From NCBI GenBank assembly GCA_028023455.1, contig JAQFVV010000002.1, positions 22,816,001 through 22,880,000 of the forward strand: a stretch of 64,000 nt of DNA, in the 5' to 3' direction. A program made the translations under genes and the position numbers. Below, piece after piece: positions 11,871-25,777 of the stretch (positions are counted from its first letter, which is position 1; each line of letters begins with the position of its first letter). The stretch comes from Epiperipatus broadwayi. Its lineage: Eukaryota > Animalia > Onychophora. The notes under the pieces are model-generated. The model did not search any database. It was not told the DNA's origin and saw only the letters and a program-made list of their open reading frames with translations.

Positions 11871-13625
11871 CCCTATATATTATAATAGAAGTTATAATTG
11901 ATATATCTATCCGTGTTGCAACGATTTAGTTTGATTTTTCACACTATCGATCAAAATATTATTATTTAACTTTTCCAGAATTAAATAAAAAAGTTTTAAA
12001 AAAAAAATCATTGACCTAATTAAAGATTATTGTTTTAAAAACACTTTAGAATCTATTAAATGAGTTTTGACATTTTTCCAACTCCTATAAATAATTTCCT
12101 GTAGATTCTAGCCAACACTAATGTAACCTTTTATATATAGTAAGTATATGTTTTAAAAATAAAAAAAGTTAATATCAGATTATTCTGTTGAATATAAATC
12201 ATAATTACTTAATTGTTTAATACCTATTTAACATATTTATTTTAGCTATACTTTATTAAAAAAAATTATCGAATTCGTTTGGTTATTTTCTTTTTAGATA
12301 TTGCTGGATATGGTTATATAATGTATTTAAGTGTGTGCGCGCACGCTCTTTTATTGCCATGAATATATTTAAGTAAATCCTTTTTTTTTTAAATCCTAAT
12401 TTAGCCCATCAAATGTTTTATTTAAGTATAAACCTTTTCTAAGATCAAACATTTGTTTTGTATGTTATATATTATGTAATATTATGTTTTCATTTTGTAA
12501 TAGAAAGTTTTATATTCTAAACATATATAAAGATTATGATTTTTCTTCACCTATGAATTTTGTGTTGCTGTTGAGATCTTTATTTCCTTAACTTTTTCTA
12601 TATTTATTTCTTATTTTGTTCATTTGAATCTAAATATTGTTTCCTTATTTATAATATTACAAAGGATCAAATATTAATTGTTTGGAAGGTTATGTAATAT
12701 TTGAGCACCAGAAATGGCAGTCAGCTCTTTGGTTTGGAATTTTTAGTCCTCGAATACGTCACTTTACAGTAGCGTTATGCCAATGTACTATTTGAAAATT
12801 CCGATTTCAATCTCCACAACTTTGCAAATGACTATAAATCATTCTTACTCATCCAGAATTTGAAAATTTTCTGAATTTGAGTATGTCTAATAAGGAGGCT
12901 TATCATCACTATTGGGTTTCATTTGTACTAAGGCTTAAAAAATTGCTTCTCAGTTTTTAATTACAAGGAAATAATATTGTTGGTTCGTAACTATTATCTC
13001 GGATGAAACTAAATAAATATATTCGTTTATGGTCAATAAGCAGGGGACAGGATCTGAACTGCTAATTAAGTGTAGGGAAATTTGTAAAAGGCTGCTAAAT
13101 ATCTAAGTGAACTATCTTAAGAATCTTAAATCATTTCATTCTTCAAGTGGTCATAATGAAATCTGTATTCTCTCTGAATGTTAAGGATCTTGTATCAATT
13201 GTCACTGAGTCCAGATAGTTCAATGCTTTGAGTCTTTCATTTGAGTAATATATATTGATTATATACAAATGAGTACCAGAATTGTCTATATTTTAATATT
13301 AACTTCTTACCACTTAGAGAAGTACAGATTTTGTATATATTCATTGGATTGCCAATCTAATATTCTTTATTATAATTACAAGGCCTTTATCAAGCTAAAT
13401 TTTAAATGCATTGATCTAATGAAAAATTGTCATAATGTAAGTAATAATTCTGTGCTATTCTTTGCAAAACAAAACTGGGTTAAGAACTTAAGATTATATA
13501 ACTATTTGCAAACTATCCCAAATCTCGCATATGTTATAATTGAAAGATTATTAACGTTTATTTTAAATACTATAGAAGAAATGATCCAGGAGTCAGCAGA
13601 TATGATTTTTCAGGTAACCCCAATA

Positions 13626-13716
13626 TTTTTTTTTTCATGTGTCATAAGCATCGGCCGGGAAGCTAACCCGGGACAACTGCTTGTAAGGCAGCTGTGCTGA
13701 CCTCTCAACCACCAAC
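13626..13716 (-). mobile_element. tRNA-Gly-derived mini-SINE, subfamily B (TAC loop)
   Basis: A tRNA-like head is followed by tatgacacatg and poly(A). The TSD caatattt is at 13621-13628 and 13716-13723. Confidence 0.75.
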
Positions 13717-14029
13717 AATATTTCATCTGCTATTAACTTAAAACACGTATTTTACATAATAATAATAATATAACAAAGCAACTTCATATATAAATTGCTA
13801 AATATGTTATATTTTACTTTTTAAGGTTTAATTTCAAACAATAAAAAATTATATTTAAATATGGAATGGAATATTAAACATTTTATTGTAAGGTAGAAGA
13901 GATATTAAAGTTCACTTTTATATTTTGCTACAATAAAATTTAATTAATTTTAAAAAATAATACAGTATTCCTAATGCTCATTTTGAAATAAAAGGTAATT
14001 TACTACAAAGATTTATCATCCAATCAATC

Positions 14030-15240
14030 AATAGTACTCTGTCTTCAGATAAGTCCAGAGAGCAGTCACACAACTAATTCATCCATTTCTCCATTCTGTT
14101 ATGTTCATTGGCCAGACCTTCAATTCTACATTTTTTTTTCATCTTTTATAGCATCCAGCAAGGTCAATCTTCTCCATCCTTTTTTTCTTATTTTCATTTA
14201 CCATTTTCTTCAAAACATTCTTCAATAAACTATTCTTTTTTTTTAATATACATCCAATCCAGTTACTCTTTCAATCACTAATTTTCTCAATTAATCTTAA
14301 TTTATTCTTTCAAAAACTTTCTCATTTATCATTTTCTTCATCTACCTAATTTTCTTCATGATCAAAGGCCATCAACCTGTTCCTAATTCTTTTACTTATT
14401 GTCAACATTTCACAACTGTTCAATAATACACTTCACATATAGCAGTTAATTATTTTTTTCCTTAATTTTTTCCCCTTAATTCTCTTTTTAAAGCTCCACG
14501 AAACATTTCTCTCAATAAATGTTTTCTTTGTCAAAGCTAATTTTTAAATATACATTTTCTCTTTTTTTCATTTTCATTTAACTAATTGCCCAAATATCTA
14601 AATCCATTCACTTCTTGAACTATATTATCATAAATATCAACTATTTTCTTTTTATCCCTTCCTATCCATAAATCTTTGGTCTTCTCAACATTAATCTTCA
14701 TTCCATATTCCATACATCCTTCCTCCAATTTATTCAACATATTCTAAGTATTCTTTTCATTCTCAACTACAAAAGCCATATCATCTGAAAATCTTATACA
14801 TTTTATTATTCTACTGCCAACATTTGCTCCTTCACAATCTAAATATTTATCTAATGTTTCTAAATAAACATTTAAGAGCATGGAACATCTTTGTCTAACT
14901 CATTTCCATACTCTTTTTTTCAGTCTCATTCTCCAGAATTCATTACCCAGTACCATATTCCATATCAATCTTCTCTCCAAAATACTTTTTTATATTTTTT
15001 TCAAGATAGTCATAAGTTTATTTCAGATTACTCTACTAAATGCTTTTTCCAAATCTATAAAACATATATCAGTTATCTCTGTGCAGTCATTCTGACAACA
15101 CTAATACTATCTTTTGTATTTTTACCTCTCTGAAAATTAAACTATTTTTCTCCAATATAATATTCTACCTTCCTATAAATTCTTTGACTTAAAAAAAATT
15201 TTCTCTAATATTTTTGAAGCATGAGATAACAAATTTATTG
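14030..15240 (-). mobile_element. RTE-clade LINE RT and 3' region, decayed
   Basis: The minus strand has an interrupted RT reading (EKAF.., INVEKTK) with many stops and frameshifts. Confidence 0.6.
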
Positions 15241-15272
15241 TTCTGAAATCTTTAGGCCAACTTTCACTAATA

Positions 15273-15366
15273 TTTTTTCATATGTCAAATGCGTTGACCA
15301 GGAAGCAAACCCAGGCCAGCTGCTTGGAAGGCAGCTATGCTAACCACTAGGCCACCAACGCTTGAC
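15273..15366 (-). mobile_element. tRNA-Gly(TCC)-derived mini-SINE, subfamily A
   Basis: 15290-15361 reads GCGTTGGTGGCCTAGTGGTTAGCATAGCTGCCTTCCAAGCAGCTGGCCTGGGTTTGCTTCCTGGTCAACGCA on the minus strand. The T-loop is mutated, and tttgacatatg plus an A-tail follows. Confidence 0.8.
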
Positions 15367-15799
15367 GAACTCAAATTGCACAATTCAAACAATTTCTTTC
15401 CTAATAGTTTCTCCATTTTTTCCAAAAATTTGATTGATATTATATCAAAACAACATATTTGTTGAGCATAGCTGGATGTTTTTATTCTATAAAATAGATA
15501 GTTCACTTCATTCTGGCAAAAGTTTCTCGAAAAATAAAAAAAACAATCTGTAAGCTCCCCCACCCCTTCTGTTCCATAGCTAAGAAACTAGATGTTTTAC
15601 CAAAAAGATTAGTGTCCCATATGAGTTAGCCTGTATTAATTAATTAAATACTAAATTTCAAGCAATTCTATTGAATTTAAATATATTAAACCTCAATTTT
15701 AAAATTTCATTCTGACTTAAAAAAGATCAAAAGATTATAAACTAACATACCAATAATCCAACTGATTTTCCAAACTTCAACAAAAGCATTTTAAAAGGC

Positions 15800-17290
15800 T
15801 AGAATTATTTCTAAAACTTCAAAATTTAATGAAAAATATAACTATGTATGTAATTAGCATTTATACTCTAGTAGATTTATTATTTTTTCATTTGTTTAAT
15901 TACTTCTTCTGTCAATATATCCATACCATGTTTATCTACTGCAACAACATTATTATCTTCATTTTTAAGTTTATAATTAATTGCATCAATTTTTTGTCTA
16001 AACAGATATTGAAGATATTCTTTCCATCTTTTCAATGTTGCATCTCTATCTAGTAGTCTCTGCTTATCAACTATTTCACTCATTAATTCACTCCCTACCC
16101 CTAATTGACATTTCTAATTCTTTCAAATATCAGATATCTTTTCGCATATCGAAGTATTTCTAACTCTATATTTTTGCTCCAACAATTTTTTTTTTTTTTT
16201 GCTACATCTATTTCTTTTCTTAGTTCATTATTAATTTTTATATATGGTTTTTGCTCATCATCATTATTGATATTCTTCCATTGTTTCTGTATTTCCTTAT
16301 TTTTTAATATTCCTTCCATTATCCAAGGTAGTTTAGTTTTCCTTAATCCAAAGTTCCTCTTTCCATTTTTTGCCATTTCTAATATTCTCTCTTTAATCCT
16401 GCACCAATGATAATCAGAATTATTCATACATTAACACATCTTTATCAATATTCTATATTATTTTTTTCATATATAAAACCAACTTTCTATTTCTTTAATT
16501 TTTTTCTAAGTCCCATCTTACATATCTTTTCCTTTTCATGCTTCTTAAATTCATCTTTCATTTAGCCATAAATATTTTATGATCAGAATTTATATCCAGG
16601 TAAAACATGCAAACCTTTAATAGCACTATTATATCTGTCTTGTATCAATATATACCTTATCTGATATCTTTATCACTTGGAGCTTTCCATGATTTTTAAA
16701 CCAAGGGCTTACATCTACAGTATTACTATTCTTACAGAATTCCACAAGCTACTGACTATCTTTTTTATTTCTTTTTCTAATACCATAATTCCCAATATTT
16801 TTCCTTGCTTACTTTTTTTCATAATAGCATTCTAATCATCCAATAGCAATATATATGCATTTTTATTCTCTCACATTGTTTCTTATAATAGTGATCATGT
16901 GATGTTTTAAGGTTTAACATATTGTTTCTTCTAACTTTTTATTCTGTTCATCTATTTCTACATCATTGTGATTACTGATTGATATATAAACATATATGAT
17001 GCCAAATCCTTAGAACCTGCAGTTGTCTTCATCCTCAACCTAAGTCTATTGTCAACCCAATCTATTTTTACCAGACTATTCCAAATTATCTTTCAACAAT
17101 AATAACAACTACATTTTCTGCTCTATCACCAACAGTATAAAACAACATAAGATCATCACTATTTATTTTTGCCCATCTTCCCAGCTCACTTCACTTAATC
17201 CCAGAAATATCAGTATTATTTATTTACCTTTTCAAATTCTTCAGCACTTCTCATTGATCTTACATTCAAGCACTAACTTTCAATGTCTCT
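15800..17290 (-). mobile_element. RTE-like LINE endonuclease/linker region, decayed
   Basis: Purine-rich minus strand with ORF remnants (e.g. LKRWKEYLQYLF) typical of the RTE linker. Confidence 0.5.
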
Positions 17291-17846
17291 TTTTTAAGTG
17301 CATTAGTTTTATGAGGATTTTGAAAATATATGACCAATCTGGATCAATCTTGTGTTATTACTCATAAAGAGAAAACAAGAAAATTATAAGGCAAAATGTT
17401 TTCCTGTTGTTGTCTTTGCCTAGAAATAACCTTCACACAGGCTTAATACATTAGCTGATTTTTTACAAAAAGATTTCTTCCGATACAGAAGAATGTTGTT
17501 GCTGACTCGGCAAGATGTTGATACTTGTTTAATTATGGTCAGCTCAGCATTACATATTTGCTATCATAGAAATTATAGCATTTTAGAAAAGTAGATATAT
17601 TATTGTCGCCTTCACCATTTCTTGACAGTGAATGCTTTCTCATTATCTGTGACTGCTTATTTGCAGTCAGACTTCATATTTGAAGACTTTTTCCCTATCC
17701 ACAGCTTGGGCGCACTCTGGGTAGTAGTTTACTTCAAAAAAAAAGTATAGAGTGAACAAATTATACAATTTTAACATTTTTTTAATTAAATTAGGATTTT
17801 TAATATTTTAAATGTAAATATTATATTTTACATACCTGGAGTCTAG

Positions 17847-18757
17847 ATATAATAATAAATCAACTATGCACTTTAATACTGTTTTTTAATGCTTTAATTA
17901 AAATTTTCTTTGACAGTTTTGATTACCCCAGCAATCTTCTTCAGAACTACAACATCATACAAATATCTGAATATAAATATACATGAACATACAATTTACA
18001 TTTTATATATATATATATCTTATAATCATCATTTATGTATTACCTTTTAAATATTATATATTTTACCCTTTTTACATTATACATTTATTAATTAAAACCT
18101 CCTATAATCATATATAGTCTATTTTTATTTTACTCCTATTACTCTTTAAATATTTAACTCTAAACATAATATCTTTAATACTTTACATTATTATTATTTA
18201 TTTTATTAACAATCAATATTTATAATTTATTCATTCAATAATTTACAATTTATTTTAAATCTATAATATTATTTTAAACACTTTTTTTACTCACTTTTTA
18301 TTTATAACTCCAAATCTCAACTGCTATTTCACTTATATTTTTAGTAGTTCCCTCTTTAATTAAATTTTACATTTATATAATTATAAATATTGATTGTTAA
18401 TAAAATGAATAATAATAATAATGTAAGGTATTAAAGATATTAAGTTAGAGTTAAATATTTAAAGAGTAATAAGAGTAAAATAAAAATAGAATATATAAGA
18501 TTATAGGAGGTTTTAATTAATAAATATAGAATATAAAAAGGGTAAAATATATAATAATATTTAAAAGGTAATAAATAAGTGATGATTATAAGATGTATAT
18601 ATAAAATGTAAATTGTATGTTCATGTATATTTATATTCATATATTTGTATTATGTTATAGTTCTGAAGAAGATTGCTGGGGCTCGAAACTGTCAAAGAGA
18701 GCAGTTATTAAAGCATTGTGAAACAGTAATAAAGTGCATAGTTGATTTATTATTATA
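17847..18757. repeat. ~380-bp inverted repeat pair carrying a Penelope-type minimal hammerhead
   Basis: The arms are 17847-18227 and 18379-18757. Cores are at 17909-17948 (-) and 18659-18697 (+): CTGAAGA a gattgc tggg gtaatc (G/A)AAA ctgtC. Confidence 0.65.
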
Positions 18758-18825
18758 TTATATACATTTGGCAATGCAGTAAGAAAGATTAGTTATTATA
18801 CTTCTTTAAGAGTCTAGATGTAATA

Positions 18826-18990
18826 TATGGGGTTTGAACATAGACTTTCAAGCTCCCTTCAGCATTAAATATATATATATTGGCCATCATTTAGCTTTTT
18901 CACTTGTATATGGTCATGTGTATCGGTTGTATGAGATAGAGTGGATGGCTGAAGGAAGCTTGAAAGTCTGTATTCAAATCCCCTACATTA
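18826..18990. mobile_element. HHR retrozyme family 3, fold-back fragment
   Basis: An antisense stub 18826-18867 is followed by a sense arm 18875-18990 containing ggtcatgtg and ending ttcaaatcccc. Confidence 0.72.
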
Positions 18991-19047
18991 AATTAAGATC
19001 TATAGAACAAATGCTAGTACATATGGCAGACATTCTTACATAAAACT

Positions 19048-19395
19048 TAAGATATCACCATTTCTCACGCTTACAAAAGCTTTTAAAACAGTAGCATTTC
19101 TCTCCATACAGTAGTGCCGTCTAGTGCAAGCCATAGTAATCAATGAATGCTAGAAAGTTTGTGCATCAAAATTGCAATCTAATGCATACTCATCCACTAT
19201 CCTCAGATTAGTTTCTATTTTGTTATCTTCATCAGTGAGGAACCTTAGATCTGAGAGCTCTAAGATCCAAGGTTCCTCACTGATGAAGGTCACAAGCTAG
19301 AAACTATTCTGAGGATATTGGATGAGTGAACACTAGACAGTGATTTTGATGCACAAATGTTCTAGCATTCATTGATTACTGTGGTTTGCATGGGT
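19048..19395. mobile_element. HHR retrozyme family 1, fold-back insertion (copy f)
   Basis: The inversion centre is near 19258. The sense core at 19274-19315 reads tcctca CTGATGA aggtcacaagcta GAAA ctatt C tgagga. Confidence 0.8.
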
Positions 19396-22039
19396 CTTAG
19401 TTCACTTACCAGTTTGTTTTTATCTTTCTGTACTTACTATTATTTTTTACCGATTCTTCTCTGTGTGTCTAATGTGAAAATCTGAATGAGAAAACTGTTT
19501 ACAACATAAGATGTGAACCTTGAAGAGCCGAGTGAGAAAGTTGATTAATTCCATGCAAAAAAAGGTGAGTAAAATGATTTTATTAACACATATTTGTTTT
19601 TGACTTTAGAAGATTGGCTTTAGTTTTTACTATGAAATATAACATAGTATCAGGAGAAAAAAAATCCAAAAGAGAAAGCTATAAAATTGCCAATTAAATA
19701 AAATGCTAAAACAAATGCTATTAGTTGACACAAAATGCACATGACAAGACACTTCAGGATTTTTCAAAATGAAAGATTAACACACACACAAAAAAAAAAA
19801 ATTCAAATAAGAAAATGTATGTCAAGAAAAATAAATTTCTAAGCAAGAAAGTACTTTTGAAAATTTTATTTTAATTTTTATTAAATTCAAGTTGTATATT
19901 ATGTGAAACAATTACTTTATATATGCATATTATATTTTTGATTTTGTAGTATATTTTTCTTATATAAATAGTTATTTCGGATGGTAACTTTTGTTTTAGA
20001 CTGGGGGCCTAGAAAGGATCAGCCTTAAATATATATATATTTCAATGTAAGCTGCAATGAAAGGGTGAAAAACAAAAGATTTTCTAGATCCTATTAATTC
20101 ATTAAGCAAACTCTTCTGTAATTATAAAAAATAATTAATGTACACAAATCATTTAAAATGTAAATTTTAATATCGTCATCAGCTACAATATTGCAAATCA
20201 AATATACATACACTTTCAGAACTTATATTTTTCTGGTTAACCTATTTCATCCGTCTAAAGCATTTTTGTAGACAGAAATGTAGGTATAGCAACTCCATTG
20301 TATTGACATTTCGGCTGGATTGCATCCCCATCAATTGGGTAATGAATGTTGGTATTAAAAAAACACTGTAAAGGCACTGCACACATTGACGTAGAACAAG
20401 ATTAACAGTTCAACCAATAGAAATTTTTAAATATAAAAGTGGGAGTAGAATGATAATAGATGAGTAAGTCAATATAAAAAAAATCAACAGTTATTTGGAT
20501 TAATAGGCTTTAAAAAATCTTTTAAATAGAAGATAATTTACATGTATCATCACATTTGCTAATACAGTCTGGCTTAAGAGGATGGTGGAGGGCGTCTATA
20601 TCTAAATAGGATCATGATATTTGAAAAGGCTATATTATTATGAATATCTCAGAGCTGTTAATGACTTTTAAAATCAAATTTATATGATATTTAGTTGGTA
20701 TAAAATTATATAAAATTGAAAATTCATAAAAAAGTTTAGGACTCATCATTTTATATCTATCTTGATAATAGAGTTATAATTATTTTTTAAGTGCACAGGA
20801 AGTATATGTAAATACTTTTAAGATAGGCTATAATCTGTATCAAATGCGCCTTAAAATCTATAATAGTCAAGTAATATCTTTATTTTGCTAATAGAGGGAC
20901 CTCTCAAACCACAACACAAGATAGCGACTTTTATAAAGATAAGAGCAGAAAGTTAGGTTAAAGATAAGATGGCCACTCTTTATAAAAATTTCTTACTTTT
21001 GTTGGGGTTTGGGGGGTCTTTTTTAAAAAAAAAAAAATTTTTTTTTAATATTAAAAATTAAAAGTTTTAAAAGATTTTATTTTTTTTAAAAATTGATAAT
21101 GTAAATGATCATCAAAGTTAGTAATTTGTTTCTAAAACTGAGATATCGTAGAATAAATTGTTAGGGAAGTGGCAAATTATCATCAGTGAAAGGCATTGTT
21201 ATTGTTTGATCATAATATTCTAACACTGATTTAGGACGAGAACATATGTACATATAGTGGTATTTCATCTGATTTTATCAGAAGCTATCAATATATTGAA
21301 TAAGTTAAAGCCAATGTAAACGCTGTTTCATATATGGACGGAATATTGAAAATATTAACCATAACCTCATATGCATTAAGCTTAATATTTTCAATTGTTG
21401 GAATTATCTTTTTTTTTTTATCAATATATTTGTAAATTGTTAATTTTATATCATTTTGTTACATATTACTTATTAGACAAAATTTAAATTTTAATATATT
21501 TAGAAATGAGTCTTCTAATAATATTTGCTAATTAAATATTTGAGTAAATATCCACAAATCATATTATTTTAAAATGAATTTTAATTAAATATAAGTAATC
21601 CGTTAAATTCAAAAATAGAATGATCCTAAAGCATTCATATATTTGAATATAACTCAGTTTCTACTAAGATTATAAATTGACTAAATATATGCCATACCCT
21701 TAGAATTGGTGTGGGCAAGATTGGTCCACAGATCATCTGAATTAAGACAAAATAATGGTAACCCATGCTACATTATGCTAGATTAGATAGTTATATATAA
21801 AAGAAATACATTTTTTGCATGTACAGCTATTATAAATAAAAACTGGCTTTCACGATCAAGGCGGCTGTGGGCATTCAGGCAAGCTAGTTAATGAGATGCA
21901 CAGTAATGTGCATGTCAAATAGAAATTCATCAACTTGAATAGAGTCAGTTGTTTGCGAAGTTGTTTGTGACTGTGCTTTTTGTTGTGATAGATGGACAGA
22001 TTTAAATAGTTTTCATTAAAAAAATTTCATTTTAAAGTT

Positions 22040-23750
22040 GGAGTGTAATATCTGAAACAAGTTCAAAGAAAAGAATGACATACATTTTTAATATAGAATG
22101 AACAGTTTTTCTTCATATTGATGAATGCAAAATGTGTGTTTATATGTTGTTCAAATGTGTCATTCCAAAAAAAAAAAAAATGTCGAGAAACATTTTAAAA
22201 GCTTTGCATGCAAGTTGTTAAAAGTAAACTGCACAAACAAAAATTAAAATAATTTAAATCACAATTAACCAGCCAGCACTCGTATTTTATTCAACCCATT
22301 ATTAAATCTAAAACTACAATAATTGCATCATTTCACGTGAGTTATGTATTAACAAAGCATAAGAAATCGTTCACAAATGAAGATATTTTAAAAGATGCAT
22401 TTCTAGAAGCCAGTGATTCATTCAAGCAAAAAAAAAATGGATTATTTCCACAATGATATACAACTTTCCCATAGAACGATCACACAACATACAGAAATTA
22501 TAAATTCTGATCTGGCTGAACGACTAATTGAAGATATGACTAACTGTATTTGTTTTTCCGGCAAGTTTGATGAATCTTCGGCACATACTTGATTGATATT
22601 GCTCAGCTTTGTATTAATGTAAATAATTAACAATATTACCTTTACAGAAGCAATTGTGAGATGAAGATGCTTACTGCATTTTCAAAAAATATGTAGAGAA
22701 GAAAAAAATTTCATTTTGTAAACTTGTATCAATGATAACTGATATTGCATTGTTGATGAACAGAACAATCAATAGATTTGGTTATATGTACCAGAGTTGA
22801 TGATTTTTCGTATTTCCTTTTATGTCATTGCATTACCCACCAGCAGGACCTCTTTTGTAAAATTCTAAATATGCTTCATATTATTGGAATATCCATGAAA
22901 TTCGTGAACTCCATTCGAGGCAAAAGTCTTGAAAGAAGAATATTTCAAGATCTAAATGAATCTGAGTATGGTGAATTGTTATATCATGCAGATGTTCATT
23001 GATTAAGTTGAAGAATATTTTTATAAACATCCAGGGACCTATTAGAAGAGGTAAAAAAAAAAATTTTAAATCAAGAGATGAAGTGTATATTGAACTTAGT
23101 AATGACATTTGATTAATGAATTAGTTTTTGTTGTCTACATAACTATCTTAATGAATTGAATTTATAATTGTAAGGAAGAAACAAAATAATAACTGAAATG
23201 GTTATAAGTTAAAGCTGTTATTTGTCCAGTTTTCTGATGAAGAATGTCAAAAAATGGGAATTACATTCAACAAAGAGAAATATTATTAGGAAATAATAAC
23301 TCTTCACTCCTAATTTGACAGACATTTCAAGAATTTAACTAGAGTCAATAGTTACTTTCATGAATTATCCATTTGGCAGTGTTGATGTGGAATAAATGAC
23401 TGAAAATATAAATAATACATTTTTTTCTGTAGAGGAAAATGAAAATTTTCTTCCACAAAATAATTTAATTTTAAAAGGCATGGTTCAGAATCTAAAAATC
23501 ACTTTTTTTTTTCCTCAGGTGTCATAGCATCGGCCGGGACGCAAACCCGCAACCCGGGCAACTGCTTGTAAGGCAGTCGCGCTGACCTCTCAACCACCAA
23601 TGCTTTTGAAGTCTAATATGCAAAAAAAAATTGCATTTAATTTCACATTGTTTGTGGCTCTACCTACCTATGTGGATACATTTTCGACATTTTTTATAAT
23701 TAAGTCAAAATCCCATTTCCTTCTGACAGAAAACTACATAAAGTTTGATT
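22040..23750 (+). pseudogene. hAT/Charlie (GTF2IRD2/EPM2AIP1-like) transposase pseudogene
   Basis: Colinear + strand remnants are IASFHVSYVLTKHKKSF, IQLSHRTIT..CFSGKFDES, CHCITHQQ..SIRGKSLERR..ELLYHADV and a GSTYLC-like C-terminus. It has many stops and frameshifts. Confidence 0.82.
23503..23603 (-). mobile_element. tRNA-Gly-derived mini-SINE, subfamily B, nested in the hAT relic
   Basis: The minus strand reads GCATTGGTGGTTGAGAGGTCAGCGCGACTGCCTTACAAGCAG...TCCCGGCCGATGC, then tatgacacctg and poly(A). Confidence 0.75.
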
Positions 23751-23787
23751 AATAATTATATAGCTGATTATTAAGGCTATAATCTTA

Positions 23788-23917
23788 AGACTATGCGTCT
23801 AAAATGCGACAATAGGGTCCTCTACAAATGTAAACACAAAATTAATGACTTTAAAGTCGTTAATCTTGTGTTTAGATTTGTAGAGGTCCCTACTGTTGCA
23901 TTTTAGGCGCATAGTCT
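23788..23917. repeat. 130-bp spacer-less imperfect palindrome
   Basis: The centre is gacttt|aaagtc at 23852/23853. Related single arms occur near 20820-20940 and 32110-32200. Confidence 0.75.
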
Positions 23918-24589
23918 ATATATTACTTACGTAATGATTAATTATAGCTGATTATTCAATATTAGCGAACAGCGTGCTTCAACTTACATTTATATTTTTT
24001 TGTTGTATATTGAATTTTTTTATAATAAATCAATATTATTTATAATCATTATTATTATGAATATTATTATTACAATTACTATTACATTGTAATATACAGG
24101 TGATGGACTGTGAGATGTGGTGAAAATAAAAGCGACCCTTGTTTGTAAAAGTCTGCTCATCCCTGTTTTAGAATTAAGAATTTTTAACCATGATATATAC
24201 TCGTTTTATCTTGATTGAGGGGAATTTTGATTAAATGGCTTAAACGGAGCAGCTGTAATTTTTGTTAGAATTTTCTCAAAGTTTGTCCAATCATTAATCT
24301 TTTACTGCACATATCAGCTTTTATATTCTTGAATAATATTTATTTTTATTGAAGCAAAAAGAAAAGAACTCTAGCTTTTATATTAATTTTTTATGAAATG
24401 TCTGCAAGAGAAATTTAGAAAATAAAATATATATATATCTTCATCTATATATAAAAAAAATTTATTCACCAGCAGGCCAGGCCCTTCGTTGTAAAATTTT
24501 AAACATGCATCATATTATGATAATGTGCATGAAATTTAGATATATATTCACATAAATATATATTTTTATATTCACCATATATATATATA

Positions 24590-25510
24590 TATCATCATCC
24601 ATTGATTATCCATTGAGCATTAATTTAGCCTTTTTAGTCCTACTTTTTTTCTTTCATCTGAAACTTATATCATCATTTTCACCCATTATCGGTCCACTGT
24701 AGGATAAAGGTCTTTCCAAGTTCAATCCATCTTTGATCTCTGACATTTCTTTTCCACGTGATCCCAGCAAATTTCTTTATTTCATCCATCCACTTCACAT
24801 GTGATCTCTTTTTAGGTTTTTTACAATCTAAGATTTCAACTATCAATTTATTACCATCTCTTTGCAATATGACCAGCCCATCTTTAGTCTTTTAATTTTT
24901 CATGATATCAGTAGCATATGTTTATTATCTTACCATATATTTTATTTTCGATCTCTTTTTTATTACTTCTAAAATGCATTTCTCCATACTTTGTTGAGTG
25001 CTCTGAAATCCCTATTTTGCTCTTCTGTTGTGTGTTCAAGTTTTGGATCCATAAATAAGAATCGGTCAAACCACATTTATTAATAACCTTTTTCAAACAC
25101 AGGCATATTTCCTTTTAATATTAAGTTATTTCTACTAAAAGCATTTCATCCAATTTTAATTCTGTGATTAATTTTATCCATTATGTTTCCATCTATTAGT
25201 AATAACTTGATCAAAATATTAGTAGTTTTTTTTACTCATCAGTATCAATCTTTACTTCCTTCTTTTGAGAAAATCCATTGAACATTACTTTAGTTTTTTA
25301 CTATTTACTTTTAATTCTATTTTTCTTTCTTTTATCTGATAACTCTTGCAACATTTCCTGATGCTCTAAAGCGTTATTTGACCTCATCTGCAAAATACTT
25401 CTTGCAAAACTGCTGTAAAAAATTTTAGACATATGGACACACATCATCCATCCTTCTCACTGTTAATCTTCCCAGTATCATTATGTAATCTAAATGTTGC
25501 TGTTGCTCAG
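24590..25510 (-). mobile_element. RTE-clade LINE 3' portion with microsatellite tail
   Basis: ORF 24679-24867 reads KWMDEIKKFAGITWKRNVRDQRWIELGKTFILQWT, followed by a (tga)n/(ta)n tail. Confidence 0.78.
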
Positions 25511-25777
25511 AATATGACAGTATCCCAGAAATCTATACCTGAAATGATCCAATGCTTTAATCACGGAAGAAAGAATCAAATGTTTTTTTCATAATGTTAT
25601 ATATGTGTGTGTATCCATATTCATAATAAATAATTAGCGATTTAATATTTTCACATATTGCATTTCAGCTAAAAGTTAGGTTTCATTGTTTGATAAAGTT
25701 AATAGAAAATCATCAGTATGAGTTAGGTAAGGAATATTTCATTAATTTTATGTAGAAACACCATACTATTAAGAATT

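Noticed and set aside
13269-13700. 143-aa ORF as a gene
   Set aside because: AT-driven composition, no recognisable domain, and it runs into a SINE.
15290-15361. Functional tRNA-Gly(TCC) genes (also 37135-37206)
   Set aside because: The T-loop/B-box or stems are mutated, and the shared tail, poly(A) and TSD indicate retroposed copies.
20303-20335. Hammerhead-like relic on the minus strand (ttgatgg ggat gca atcc agcc gaaa tgtc)
   Set aside because: There are two core mismatches, no convincing stem I and only one copy.
21000-21090. Homopolymer-rich stretch as a structured element
   Set aside because: Low-complexity runs, possibly low-quality consensus.
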